Program-made: the position numbers and the translations under genes | DNA from: an uncultured Acidimicrobiales bacterium | GTDB taxonomy: Bacteria > Actinomycetota > Acidimicrobiia > Acidimicrobiales > SHLQ01 | DNA: 64,000 bases | Assembly (NCBI GenBank): GCA_938023735.1 | Contig: CALJDK010000077.1 | Coordinates: 966 to 64,965 of the forward strand | Direction: 5' to 3' | The notes under the pieces: model-generated | What the model saw: the letters and a program-made list of their open reading frames with translations, nothing else | Told to the model about the DNA's origin: nothing | Database searches by the model: none | Part shown: piece after piece, positions 17,807 to 27,737 of the stretch | Layout of the letters: every line of letters starts with the position of its first letter | Numbering within the stretch: position 1 is the first letter of the stretch

Positions 17807-19372
17807 TTACCAGTCGGTTGGTTGGTAGTCCTTGAGGAACTGACCCCAGACATGGATGCCGGTGTTTGCCCCATCGATGATCGGATCGACAATACGGGCC
17901 GCGCCATCGACGATATCGAGCGGCGGATGGAACCGATGCTCGGCCGTCTTCGCCTCGGCGATAGCCACCGGATCCTCGTCGCTCACCCAACCGGTGTCGA
18001 CGCTGTTCATGTGAATGCCCGACGAGTGGTAGTCGGTGGCCGAGGTCCGAGTCATCATGTTCAATGCCGCTTTGGCCATATTGGTATGAGGATGTTTGGT
18101 GGTCTTGTACCGACGATAAAACTGGCCCTCGACCGCCGAAACGTTGACCACATGCTTATGGCTGCCCGGGGTTTGCTCCATCAGCGGTTTCAGGCGGGCA
18201 TTCAGCACAAATGGGGCAACAGCGTTCACGAGTTGGGTTTCAAGCATCTCGACGGTCGACACCTCGTGCAGCAAAAGGCGCCACGAGTTGATACCTCGCA
18301 GATCGACTTGCTGGAGGTCCTGATCGAGACGCCCCTCGGGAAACAGATCAGCCTGGGCAAGCTCTTCAGATAGCCGCTCCTCAGGCAGTAACGGCACCTG
18401 CGAGAGATCGGCCGAACTTGGTAGCGCGGTCAACCCGGACCCTGCATCCAACAACTCCACCCCTGATCCGGGAAGCATGTTGTAGGTGCGCAACCCCTCG
18501 TAGGCTCCAACCAGTGCCAGCACCGACGGGTCGAGTTCGCCAACAGCCTTTGACTCCTCGGCCATCATGTGGCGGTAGAAGTCGGGAGGCCGCCGAACCG
18601 TCTGACAGGCGTTGTTGATGATGGCATCAAGACGGGTGCGGGTATTGAGCACGTGCTGGGCGAAGGCTTCGACGCTGGGCGTGTGGCGCAGGTCAACGCC
18701 GAAAACTTCGAGCCGGTGCCCCCATTCGTCAAAGTCATCTTCGGCGGCGTAGCGCGCCGCTGCGTCCCGCGGAAAGCGGGTGAGCACGATCAGGTCCGCG
18801 CCACAGCGGAGCATCTTGATGCCAGCTTGGTAGCCGATCTTCACCCGTCCGCCGGTGAGTAGCACCACCTGATCAGACAGGTCGGCCAACTCGCCCCGCT
18901 TCGCATAGTTGAACGCAGCACATTCCGGACAGAGCTGGTCATAGAAATGGTGAACGGCGGTGTACTTCGCCTTACACACATAACAATGCTGTTTCTCGAC
19001 GACCTCGCGAAACCCGGTAGTACCCGTAGTAAAGGAGCGTGCATCGTCGACATTTGTTTGTTCGAACTCTTCAGGGGGAAAGACGTTCGGCGTGGTGAAA
19101 ACCTGCTTGTTGCGTAGCACCCGAATTCCGGTGGCTTCGAGCACTGCCTCATCGGCTTTGAGCTTCTCGGCGCGGCGAGCCTTGCGGCGCGCCTTCTGAC
19201 GAAGGCGTCGCTCGTCGGGATCGGCGCAGAACACATCGCCGGCGGCGTTGAGAAGAGCAGTTCGCTCCTCGACACTCAGGCTTGCCAGCTGGTCCTTATT
19301 GGCTGCAACCTGCCGCAGCACCGCAAGTGTCTCCAGAAGTTGCTCGCGGTCAAGATCGCCGCTCATTGGCAT
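17807..19372 (-). CDS. Atypical SDR family oxidoreductase with N-terminal Cys4 (Zn-finger-like) motif
   Basis: CYVC...CPEC, TGGRVKIG, IINNA, HPHTNMAKAALNMMTRTSA, DTGWV. Confidence 0.82.
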   Translation of the reverse strand: MPMSGDLDREQLLETLAVLRQVAANKDQLASLSVEERTALLNAAGDVFCADPDERRLRQKARRKARRAEKLKADEAVLEATGIRVLRNKQVFTTPNVFPPEEFEQTNVDDARSFTTGTTGFREVVEKQHCYVCKAKYTAVHHFYDQLCPECAAFNYAKRGELADLSDQVVLLTGGRVKIGYQAGIKMLRCGADLIVLTRFPRDAAARYAAEDDFDEWGHRLEVFGVDLRHTPSVEAFAQHVLNTRTRLDAIINNACQTVRRPPDFYRHMMAEESKAVGELDPSVLALVGAYEGLRTYNMLPGSGVELLDAGSGLTALPSSADLSQVPLLPEERLSEELAQADLFPEGRLDQDLQQVDLRGINSWRLLLHEVSTVEMLETQLVNAVAPFVLNARLKPLMEQTPGSHKHVVNVSAVEGQFYRRYKTTKHPHTNMAKAALNMMTRTSATDYHSSGIHMNSVDTGWVSDEDPVAIAEAKTAEHRFHPPLDIVDGAARIVDPIIDGANTGIHVWGQFLKDYQPTDW

Positions 19373-20382
19373 GAAGTCGTGCTCGGGATCGGCCCGATGT
19401 GCTGGCCGAGTTCGGTGCGTGCCGCGAGCGCGAGCTCGAGAAGCTCGGCATCGGACGGTTGACCTTGAGGACCCGCCGACCTGAGACCCACGTAGAATTC
19501 GCCAATCGAGGACGGCTCGAAGAAGGCCTCCTCAGCGTCGACGAACCCGAGTATCGCAAGCTGGGCAAGATGAAGCCGGAATGAGCTAGGCGTGAAACGC
19601 CACACGTGAACATCGTGAACCCGGCCGTCGATGGCTTGGTCGGTAAATCGAAGCGCATCGGACCGCTTTCCCTCCCGGCTCCAGTGTCCGGCTTCGCCGA
19701 CGTGCCACGACGTTTGGTCGCCTCGCTTTGCCAAATTGAGATAGAAGTCGGCCACTTGGCCGGGACTCGGCGCTGTGCGGCCGAGCAGGTGGCTGTCGAC
19801 CAGTTCCGACAAGCTGCTCGTCGAACGAAGCGCGTCGAAGCAGAACCGCATATCGGGGATCACGAGTGCCAGCGTTCCGCCGGGCTGCATGATGGCCAAA
19901 CACTCGTTCACGAAGGTCACCAGATCGGGAACGTGCTCGATCACGTGGCTGGCGATGATCCAATCAAAGCGCTGCTCCCCCACCAACTCCGGGTAGGGCT
20001 GGCCCTTCCACACGAAGTCCACCGGTTCGATGGCGTCGAGGTTCACCCCGTGATCGGCGTATTTCTTGCGTAAACCCGCCTGGGGAAGATGGTCGAGAAT
20101 CGCTACATCATGACCGGCCGACTTTGGCGCGATGGGGTTATGCGAGGGGCCGATTTCGAGCCCACGCCCCTCGAGCGAGAACTTGCGAAGAAGACCTTCG
20201 GCGCGATGCTCGGCCATTGTTTTGGGCGCGGACACTGGCTGGGCAGATGTGTTGACGTCTCGAGATCGTCGTGCCGCCAGCCGTTGTTTGGCAGCAGTTA
20301 GCCGCTGAAGAACGGCCGAACTGTTCGGCGGCGATCTGCGGTCAACGATGTCTCGTTTGTCGCTCGACGAAAGCTCGGGCAT
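19363..20382 (-). CDS. Class I SAM-dependent methyltransferase domain protein
   Basis: GLEIGPSHNP, FDWIIASHVIEHVPD, PGGTLALVIPD, HVWRFT; start uncertain (ATG 20382 chosen). Confidence 0.8.
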   Translation of the reverse strand: MPELSSSDKRDIVDRRSPPNSSAVLQRLTAAKQRLAARRSRDVNTSAQPVSAPKTMAEHRAEGLLRKFSLEGRGLEIGPSHNPIAPKSAGHDVAILDHLPQAGLRKKYADHGVNLDAIEPVDFVWKGQPYPELVGEQRFDWIIASHVIEHVPDLVTFVNECLAIMQPGGTLALVIPDMRFCFDALRSTSSLSELVDSHLLGRTAPSPGQVADFYLNLAKRGDQTSWHVGEAGHWSREGKRSDALRFTDQAIDGRVHDVHVWRFTPSSFRLHLAQLAILGFVDAEEAFFEPSSIGEFYVGLRSAGPQGQPSDAELLELALAARTELGQHIGPIPSTTSCQ

Positions 20383-20431
20383 CAGCCGATGGTAGTGGGA
20401 CAAATGGGCCCATCTGCCAGCGGCTTTTCCC

Positions 20432-21667
20432 TTAGCGGCCTTCGATGCCGTCGATGTAGATGTTGCGTTGCTGATCCCAGCGGTACGGGTCGAACGCAAC
20501 CTGGGCTGACTTGGCCATACGAAGCCGAAGTTCAGGATCCTTTGCCAAATCGACGAGCACGTTGGCGAGGTCGTCGACATCGTCCGGCTCGAAGTACAGA
20601 ACCTTGTCGTCGTCGAAGTACTGCTCGGTGGCATGGAGGCGGCTGGCCACAATCGGCAAGCCGAACATCATGTACTCGTACATCTTCCCGGTGTGTACCA
20701 GGTTTGAGTAGCTCGACTCGCTTTGCGCGACGATACCGATATCGGCCTGCTCGAAGATCGTCTGGAGATGCTCCAACGTGACCCAACCTTCGAAATCGAC
20801 CGCGTCGCTGATACCAAGTTCTTCGACAAGCCGCTTCAGCCGGGGTTCGTAAGAGCCCTCGCCACTAATGACCAGGCGAAGTCCCGGGACGTCGATTTGG
20901 GCTTGGGCGATTGCCCGGACCACACATTCATGGCCCCAACGTTCCTCGATGGTGCCCGGACAAATCACGGTGACCATGTCGTCGGCCGACAGTGAAGGCG
21001 CCGCCGAGATCGGGTTCAGCGCGCTCTTTGGCGTGGAGTTCACCACCACCTGGATCTTGTCGGCGTCAGCGCCGCGATCGGTGTAGAACGACTTGTGTTG
21101 TTCGGTTACGGCAAAGACCAGATCGGCAAAGTCGATCGACCGCAACTCAAGCCAGGCCATTAGTTTGGTCAGCATTGCGTTCCCGTACAGCGTGCTGAAG
21201 AGTTCGCTCGCCGGCTCTTTGCAGAACAGCACCACCCGCGCACCAAGCATCTTCGGGATAAGCGCCGCAAAGACCTGGTGGTCGGGAAGGCTCGTGACCT
21301 GAATAACGTCGTAGGGACGGCGCAGATGTCGCGCGGTCAGGACAAGCGCCGTCGACACAAACCACTGCACGTACGACAGGGCGTAGCGAACGAGCGAATC
21401 GCGCGTCTTTGGTATGGAGAACCTCGTGAAACGCAGGTTTCTGGCCCGACGGCCGGCTCCGAATGGAGCAACCTCGTCGCGAGTTTGACCCGGTCGACGG
21501 AGGCACAACATGTCGACGTCGTATCCGGCTTCGAGGAGCGCCTCAGATTCTCTGCGGGCGTGCATCTCGTAGCCACGGAACGTGACAATTGCGGCTCTGC
21601 CGCGAGGTGCTGATCCACCGAGGAGGGAATCAGAAAGAGAGGAGGAAGTTCGAAGCTTGGGGGGCAT
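20432..21667 (-). CDS. Glycosyltransferase family 4 protein
   Basis: ISGEG, FEGWV, ADIGIV, KMYEYMMFGLPIVAS; start uncertain. Confidence 0.88.
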   Translation of the reverse strand: MPPKLRTSSSLSDSLLGGSAPRGRAAIVTFRGYEMHARRESEALLEAGYDVDMLCLRRPGQTRDEVAPFGAGRRARNLRFTRFSIPKTRDSLVRYALSYVQWFVSTALVLTARHLRRPYDVIQVTSLPDHQVFAALIPKMLGARVVLFCKEPASELFSTLYGNAMLTKLMAWLELRSIDFADLVFAVTEQHKSFYTDRGADADKIQVVVNSTPKSALNPISAAPSLSADDMVTVICPGTIEERWGHECVVRAIAQAQIDVPGLRLVISGEGSYEPRLKRLVEELGISDAVDFEGWVTLEHLQTIFEQADIGIVAQSESSYSNLVHTGKMYEYMMFGLPIVASRLHATEQYFDDDKVLYFEPDDVDDLANVLVDLAKDPELRLRMAKSAQVAFDPYRWDQQRNIYIDGIEGR

Positions 21668-21801
21668 ATGGGTGGGGTGGCGGGGGACAAACCCGCTAAC
21701 CCCAACCATAGATGGTTTCAACCGGGTTTGGTAAGACGTTCCACCCAACCACCACTTTGAGTGCTCATCACGCGTTGCCGCACATCCATCCGGCGCATCG
21801 A

Positions 21802-24162
21802 CTAAAGGCCCCGAGTGATCCGGTCACTCGGGTCGTCGGCCGCCACATCGTTGCCGGGGCCACCTTTCACGGTGTCGTTGCCGGGACCGCCATCGAGCTG
21901 GTCGTTGCCGCGTCCACCGAGGAGGCGATCCTGGCCCTTGCCACCGTTCAGGGTGTCGTTTCCTCGACCACCAAAGAGCGTGTCACGGCCGTTGTCGCCA
22001 TCGATGATGTCGTCGCCCAGGCCACCCCGGATGATGTCGTTTCCTCGACCACCCTTGATGGTGTCGTTGCCGCCCAAGCCGCAGATGACATCGTCGCCGG
22101 GAGTCCCGATGAGGACGTCATCGCCCTCGGTTCCCGTGATGGTGCATTCGGCACCTAGGCCACCTCCGCGACCGGTGCTGAGGGCGAAGGACATACGAGC
22201 GATGGGATCCTCAATGCCGAAGAACCCTTCGAAGTTGCTGAACTGGTCGACCTCGAAGTCGAGATCGTGGTCGTCGTTGGTTCCGTAGATTCCATCGGGG
22301 CCAACCTCGGCCAGTGCGGCAACGCTGCCGCCTTCGTCCATCACGCTGTGGATCTCGTTCTCGGTGGTGGTGTGCCATCCGCCGTAGAAGTGGCCGGCTT
22401 CGTGGGCAACAACGTTGCCTACTGCGACTCCGACCATCTCAAGCTTCGAGGCGCCTTCGGCGACCGGAAAGCTGTTGAGCGATGATTGGTCCGACGATGG
22501 CCCACTCAGAACATCCAACAAGACGATTGCCGACTCTTCGGCCTTCAGGTTTCCAACATCGATGCTCTCGGCGATACCGATGGTGCCAATACCGAGCTCA
22601 TTGATCGAGCCACCTACGACGACGCGAGACACGTTCGGTTGTCCCCAAGGATCCTCGTGATCACGGCTGTTCAGCACGATAACGTCGTGCTGCGTGCCGC
22701 GGCCCGAGGAGTCCCGGTCGCCATTTAGACCGTGTCGCTTCAGATCATCCGAGAGGTTCTCCTCGGTCACGGCCACGACAATGTCGATGAACGTGTCGAT
22801 ATCGTCCGGGGTCAAGCCCCAGCGGAACATGAAGTCATCGCTTGCCGTGATCTTTGCGTTGTCACCGAAGGGGCCTGCCCAAACTCGGGTATCGAGGGTG
22901 GCTCCATCGAAGTCGATGAAAAGCGTTGACGTCTTGGCGCCTCGTTTCGAGGACAGACCTGGCTCGCGCACTCGCACCTCCATTTGGTACGAGCCGCTCG
23001 TCGCGCCCGACACACCAATAAAGTGCGTGCCCGATTCGGCGGCAACGTGGTCGACGCCGACGGTGCCTTGATGGCGAAGGCTCGACTCGAAGGGGAATCC
23101 ACCCGAGGAAGAACCGGCGGTACTCATGCCCGTCGCGAGGTCCGGGGCGAGCACCAGAAGCTCATCCGCGCTTCCCGCCACTCCCGCACTGATCACATCG
23201 CCAGCCTCGAGATCGACGGCATAGAAATCCGCATCGGAGCCAACGCCACCGGCGTCGATTCCGAGCTCGAGTGCATAGTCGCCGGGTTCGTTTGGTTCCG
23301 TTCCGGAAGCAGGATCGAAGGGATCTTCAGGGAGTGCGCAACATGAAGTAACGAGAACAACCCACTCGAGGCCATCGATGGGAACCGTAAAGCTGATGGC
23401 CGAGTCAGTTCCGCTTCCGACGTTGTCGTTGAAGGCAAAGAACTCACCATTGCCGTCAAAGAGCACCAGTCCGGTGTCGGGTGGGAACTCTGTTCCGGAG
23501 GTGTCAGTGCGAACGTTGAGCACCTGACCGGCCTCGAGTACACCAACCGAGAAGTAATCGAAGTCGGCAATGTAATCGGGGTTATCACCGATGGTGCCCG
23601 TGAGTCGCACAACCTCACCCGAGGCAACCGCTACCTGATTCGCTAGCTGAATTGCGCCGTCATCCTCGACCGAGGCGCCAACCACTGGTGCGGGGGGAAC
23701 CTCGGGGACGCTGAACTCGCCAAAGATTCGAGCCTTTTGGAGCTTGTCTGAGCCGTTGCCAACGCCACCGACAAACTCGGCGGAGAACGGGTCGTCGTTA
23801 CCGCCGACGTCTGCGCCCTCTTCCTCGGTATAGCTGACCTCGGGTTCGCCCGCTGCCTGGCTGCTACCGCCGACGTTGGGGGCGGACACCCGCTGCGAGA
23901 GCGACCGCCAAAGCGCCTTTTCCATGTTGGTTCGCCCAACGGTCCATGACAGTGTCGGGTCCGGTCCCAGACGGGCCAGATCGGCCGTCGTCAGCGGCCC
24001 AGACTTGGCCGCGAGTTCGGCATACGTGGACAGAAAGTCCTTCGAAGCAGTGCGGGCCGAACCCACCTCTGCGTCTTGGGCACTCGCGCCAAGCTGAGTG
24101 CCTCCCACCGTCGTGGCTGCTGCAGTAAGCACTGCCAATACAAGGATCATGAGTTTCCTCAT
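21802..24162 (-). CDS. Secreted multidomain protein: PPC-like repeats, zincin HExxH domain, C-terminal RTX Ca-binding repeats
   Basis: Signal peptide MRKLMILVLAV..ASA after a GGAGG RBS; DFDYF/DADFY beta modules; VAHEAGHFYGGWH; repeated GGxGNDxL. Confidence 0.8.
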   Translation of the reverse strand: MRKLMILVLAVLTAAATTVGGTQLGASAQDAEVGSARTASKDFLSTYAELAAKSGPLTTADLARLGPDPTLSWTVGRTNMEKALWRSLSQRVSAPNVGGSSQAAGEPEVSYTEEEGADVGGNDDPFSAEFVGGVGNGSDKLQKARIFGEFSVPEVPPAPVVGASVEDDGAIQLANQVAVASGEVVRLTGTIGDNPDYIADFDYFSVGVLEAGQVLNVRTDTSGTEFPPDTGLVLFDGNGEFFAFNDNVGSGTDSAISFTVPIDGLEWVVLVTSCCALPEDPFDPASGTEPNEPGDYALELGIDAGGVGSDADFYAVDLEAGDVISAGVAGSADELLVLAPDLATGMSTAGSSSGGFPFESSLRHQGTVGVDHVAAESGTHFIGVSGATSGSYQMEVRVREPGLSSKRGAKTSTLFIDFDGATLDTRVWAGPFGDNAKITASDDFMFRWGLTPDDIDTFIDIVVAVTEENLSDDLKRHGLNGDRDSSGRGTQHDVIVLNSRDHEDPWGQPNVSRVVVGGSINELGIGTIGIAESIDVGNLKAEESAIVLLDVLSGPSSDQSSLNSFPVAEGASKLEMVGVAVGNVVAHEAGHFYGGWHTTTENEIHSVMDEGGSVAALAEVGPDGIYGTNDDHDLDFEVDQFSNFEGFFGIEDPIARMSFALSTGRGGGLGAECTITGTEGDDVLIGTPGDDVICGLGGNDTIKGGRGNDIIRGGLGDDIIDGDNGRDTLFGGRGNDTLNGGKGQDRLLGGRGNDQLDGGPGNDTVKGGPGNDVAADDPSDRITRGL

Positions 24163-24408
24163 GAGGCCTCCCTCAAGATTCTGCGCCATTCGCCGACGCA
24201 CGAGCACTGCATTGCGCAGAGCCACATTTGGAAATACTGGAAGGCCGAGAACGCGCCCTTCCGATACTGAGACTCCGTGCTCGGGGGTTTGGTTGACTCC
24301 CTCTCAAAGAATTCTCCGCCTTTATTGAGCGTGTCATCAAACATTCTTCGGTGCAACCCGGAGAGGAGCTTCGCCCAATGTGTCAGTTCGACGGAATAGG
24401 GTTGCAGC

Positions 24409-26220
24409 GTGGAAGCGGGACAGCGTCGTCGACTCAACTACATCGTGCTCATTGGGTTGGCAGCGGTCTTAAGCTTCGGTGCTGGTGTGGTGAGCCTGAT
24501 AACCGACACCGAACGACTCGCGTACTTCTTTCTGTCCGCCGAGATCGACGAATCGGGCAACGCCAGCATCACCGAACGGATCGAATACGATTTCGGCGTA
24601 TCGACTCGGCGCGGCATCTACCGCGATGTGCCGTTGCTTATTGAGGACACCGTCGAGGTTGCCGCACCAACGGCGGTCGGTAGTTTCATCATCGAGTCGG
24701 CGCTGCGGCCGGGCCGATGCAACGATCGGCGGGCAAGCTTTGTGGCCAACGATGACTGGGCACGGATTTGTATTGGCGACCCACTCATCACCCACCGTGG
24801 CCGGCACCTCTACGATATTTCCTATGAGCTCAACACTCTGACGTTTCAAAACACCGTCGACTGGATCGTGGTCGGACCCGGTTGGGGCACTCGAATCGGC
24901 GATGTCGAAGCCCATATTCGTGCGCCCTACGAGCTGGGTTCTCCGCGATGTGTCGAAGGACGCAACCCCAACCGGCCGGTTACCTGCACCATCGAAGACA
25001 TCGCGCCCGGCCATATCAAGGTCACCGCCAGCGGATTCAACCCCGTCGATCCTGAGGAACGCCGCTCCAGTGACACACTGCGGGTTATCGCCGATCGGGG
25101 CGCGTCGGTGACGATGCCGGCAGCGCCCGCATTTCCTGACCGTTCGGGCGATGATCCGAGCGCCGGGCTCCTGCCCGTTGCCGCGGCAAGCCTCCTCGGA
25201 TTCGCTGTTCTGATACCACCGGTGTCTGCCCTTATTCGTCGCCGCGGGCGCGAACTCGTCTGGGCTGGCGGTGCTGCCGACGCCGCATACGGCCCCGGCA
25301 CCTTCACCGAGGAAGACGGCCGGCCGGTCGTGCGACTCGATGCCGCAGAACTCGCCGAGCTTGCCACCGTCGAATTTGTCCCACCGGCGCAACTCGAGCC
25401 CTGGCAAGGTGGTGTTGTCGACAAGGAGCGACCCCGCGAGGAACACAAGGTGGCCTGGCTGATCCAGCGGGCCATCGACGGCCAGATCCAGATCGACGGC
25501 GACGAGATGGAGACGATCTCGCTCGTTCCCGGGAGCCAGTACGACCCAATCCTCCACATGATGTTCGGCGGTCGCAGCAGCGTCACGTTGGGCAAGCCCG
25601 ACAAAAACTTCCGCATTGCGATGCAGCGGCTTGAGGCGGAGCAAAAGGAGTTCACGAAGGACTCGCCGCTATGGGCTGCTCGAGGCGATGTCCAGCGCTA
25701 CTCCTTCCGGCTCATCGGCGGCTTTGCCTTGATTGCTGGGCTGGTCACGATGGCCATTGCCGCGGGATTGTCGGGCAACGTAGGCAGCCGGTTCCTACCG
25801 GTCGTCGGAATCGGTGGCGCTCTGGCAGGTGCGGGCATCGCCGTGGCCGTGCGAGCGTGGGAGTTGCGGGTACGCACGCCGGTAGGTTCGGCCGAGTGGC
25901 TCAAGGTCGAGTCGTTCCGCCAGTTTCTGGCCGAATCTGAAGCCCACCATGCCGACTGGGCCGCCGAGCACGGCCTACTTCGCGACTACACGGCCTGGGC
26001 GATCGCGCTTGGCGAAATCGACAAGTGGGGCAAGGCGGTTTCTCGGTCGTCAGCGGGTCGCGATGATCCCACCGGCTACTACTACGCCACCCGCGGCGTA
26101 TATCTGGGCCGCGGAATCGGTCGGACCTCGGCCTCGGAGTCTTCCGGCGGCAGCGGCGGCGGATTCAGCGGTGGTGGTGGTGGAGGCGGTGGTGGTGGAG
26201 GCGGCGGCGGGAGCTGGTAG
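24409..26220 (+). CDS. DUF2207 family membrane protein
   Basis: ITERIEYDF..RRGIYRDVP, TM helices, YTAWAIALG, C-terminal GGGFSGGGGGG...GGGSW. Confidence 0.88.
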   Translation: MEAGQRRRLNYIVLIGLAAVLSFGAGVVSLITDTERLAYFFLSAEIDESGNASITERIEYDFGVSTRRGIYRDVPLLIEDTVEVAAPTAVGSFIIESALRPGRCNDRRASFVANDDWARICIGDPLITHRGRHLYDISYELNTLTFQNTVDWIVVGPGWGTRIGDVEAHIRAPYELGSPRCVEGRNPNRPVTCTIEDIAPGHIKVTASGFNPVDPEERRSSDTLRVIADRGASVTMPAAPAFPDRSGDDPSAGLLPVAAASLLGFAVLIPPVSALIRRRGRELVWAGGAADAAYGPGTFTEEDGRPVVRLDAAELAELATVEFVPPAQLEPWQGGVVDKERPREEHKVAWLIQRAIDGQIQIDGDEMETISLVPGSQYDPILHMMFGGRSSVTLGKPDKNFRIAMQRLEAEQKEFTKDSPLWAARGDVQRYSFRLIGGFALIAGLVTMAIAAGLSGNVGSRFLPVVGIGGALAGAGIAVAVRAWELRVRTPVGSAEWLKVESFRQFLAESEAHHADWAAEHGLLRDYTAWAIALGEIDKWGKAVSRSSAGRDDPTGYYYATRGVYLGRGIGRTSASESSGGSGGGFSGGGGGGGGGGGGGGSW

Positions 26221-26239
26221 GGCGGCGCGCCGGCCCGAC

Positions 26240-27694
26240 TCATTCATAGAGAAGGTACGGCTCACGAAGCACCGCGAATTCGTCGGCGCTTGCTTGCCAC
26301 TGAGCCAAGATTTCTTCGACCGGCGTTCCGGCCTCGATCTGTCGGCGCAGGCTTGAGGTACCAGAAAGTAGGTTGAACGCAGCGGGGCGGTCGATAATCG
26401 ACCCTCTCCCCTGGGCTGTCGCCTGAGCCTGAAACTCGGCCAATACATGCAGCGTTGTTGCCACCGCATCAAACGCCCCGCGGTCACCAAACGTCGCGTC
26501 GGCGAATGCTCGATCGCTAAACTGCAGGAGGACCCCTTCGAGGCGCTCTCCGGTCAACCGGGGTTCGGAAACGTTTCGAGGAAGCTTGCGCGGGGTGTAC
26601 ACCACCGGTTCGAACGTGACGCCTTCGAGCCCCTTGGCGTTCAATTCCACAGCCAGCGCTTCGCCGTCGGCCCATTCGGCACCGAACCGGTAAAACGGTT
26701 CCTCGCTGCCGCCTCCGTAGCTCAACTCGGTCGCCTCAAAGAGCACCGAGCCCGGATACGCCAGCGACGACTCGAAACTCACCAGGCCAGAACTTGGCGG
26801 TATCCATGTGAGTCCGGTCTCGGGCCACAACATCGAACGCTCCCAACCGTCCATGGCCACAATGTCGAGCTCGAGCGGTTCGAGACCCTCCATCCAGCCC
26901 TGGTCGCGGATAGCCAACGCCAGTTCAGCGGCGGTAAGGCCATAGGCAGCGGGAATTGGATACTGACCGATGAACGAAATGTGCTCTTCTTCAAGGCTGA
27001 TGCCGCTCGGTGCACCTCCGCCAACCGGGTTTGGTCGGTCGAGTACCAGGAACCGGGTTTGCGCTTCGGCAGCCGCTTGCATGGCGAGGCCCATGGTGGA
27101 GATGTAGGTGTAGAACCGGGCGCCAGCGTCCTGCAGGTCATAGACCAGTACATCGATATCGGCCAGATGCTCGACGGTTGGCTTTCGAATATCGCTGTAG
27201 AGGCTCACGATCGGGGTTCCGGAACGAGCATCGAAGCCGTCGCCGATTTCTTCGCCTGCGCCGCCCTTGCCCCGAACACCGTGCTCTGGGGCGAAGATTG
27301 CCACCAGATCAAGATTGGGTGCATTGGCCATGGCATCGATGAGATGACCGTCGCGAACAAGCGACGCCTGGTTGGCGATGAGGCCGACACGCATGCCGTC
27401 GAGTGCTGCGAACCCCGAGTCGACCAGGCGTTGCGCTCCGGTGGTCACGGCGGGCGGCTGAATCACCGTTGTGGGAGGAGATGTTGAAGGAAGAGATGTT
27501 GAAGGAAGAGATGTTGCCGAGATTGTTGTGGATGGGGCTGTCGAGCTGATGGTCGACGCAGGCGGCGAAGCCGTAGTGGGCGGGCTCGTCTCGGTGGACG
27601 TGTCGCTGCTCGCGCAGCCGGCAGCGACAAAAGCCAGGGCAGTCAGGACAATCCAGACGCTCAGCGGCAGCGAAGCCAGAGGTGTAGTACGCAC
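26240..27694 (-). CDS. namZ: Exo-beta-N-acetylmuramidase NamZ (DUF1343) lipoprotein
   Basis: Lipobox AAGC, Ser/Thr linker, FAPEHGVRG, DLQDAGARFYTYISTM, VLDRPNP. Confidence 0.85.
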   Translation of the reverse strand: MRTTPLASLPLSVWIVLTALAFVAAGCASSDTSTETSPPTTASPPASTISSTAPSTTISATSLPSTSLPSTSPPTTVIQPPAVTTGAQRLVDSGFAALDGMRVGLIANQASLVRDGHLIDAMANAPNLDLVAIFAPEHGVRGKGGAGEEIGDGFDARSGTPIVSLYSDIRKPTVEHLADIDVLVYDLQDAGARFYTYISTMGLAMQAAAEAQTRFLVLDRPNPVGGGAPSGISLEEEHISFIGQYPIPAAYGLTAAELALAIRDQGWMEGLEPLELDIVAMDGWERSMLWPETGLTWIPPSSGLVSFESSLAYPGSVLFEATELSYGGGSEEPFYRFGAEWADGEALAVELNAKGLEGVTFEPVVYTPRKLPRNVSEPRLTGERLEGVLLQFSDRAFADATFGDRGAFDAVATTLHVLAEFQAQATAQGRGSIIDRPAAFNLLSGTSSLRRQIEAGTPVEEILAQWQASADEFAVLREPYLLYE

Positions 27695-27737
27695 GGCTCG
27701 GAATCTACCGGGAGCCGAGGTGTACGGTGTTCATTCA

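Noticed and set aside
26140..26220. GGT/GGC trinucleotide run as a contingency repeat
   Set aside because: It encodes the normal poly-Gly GGGSW tail of DUF2207 proteins.
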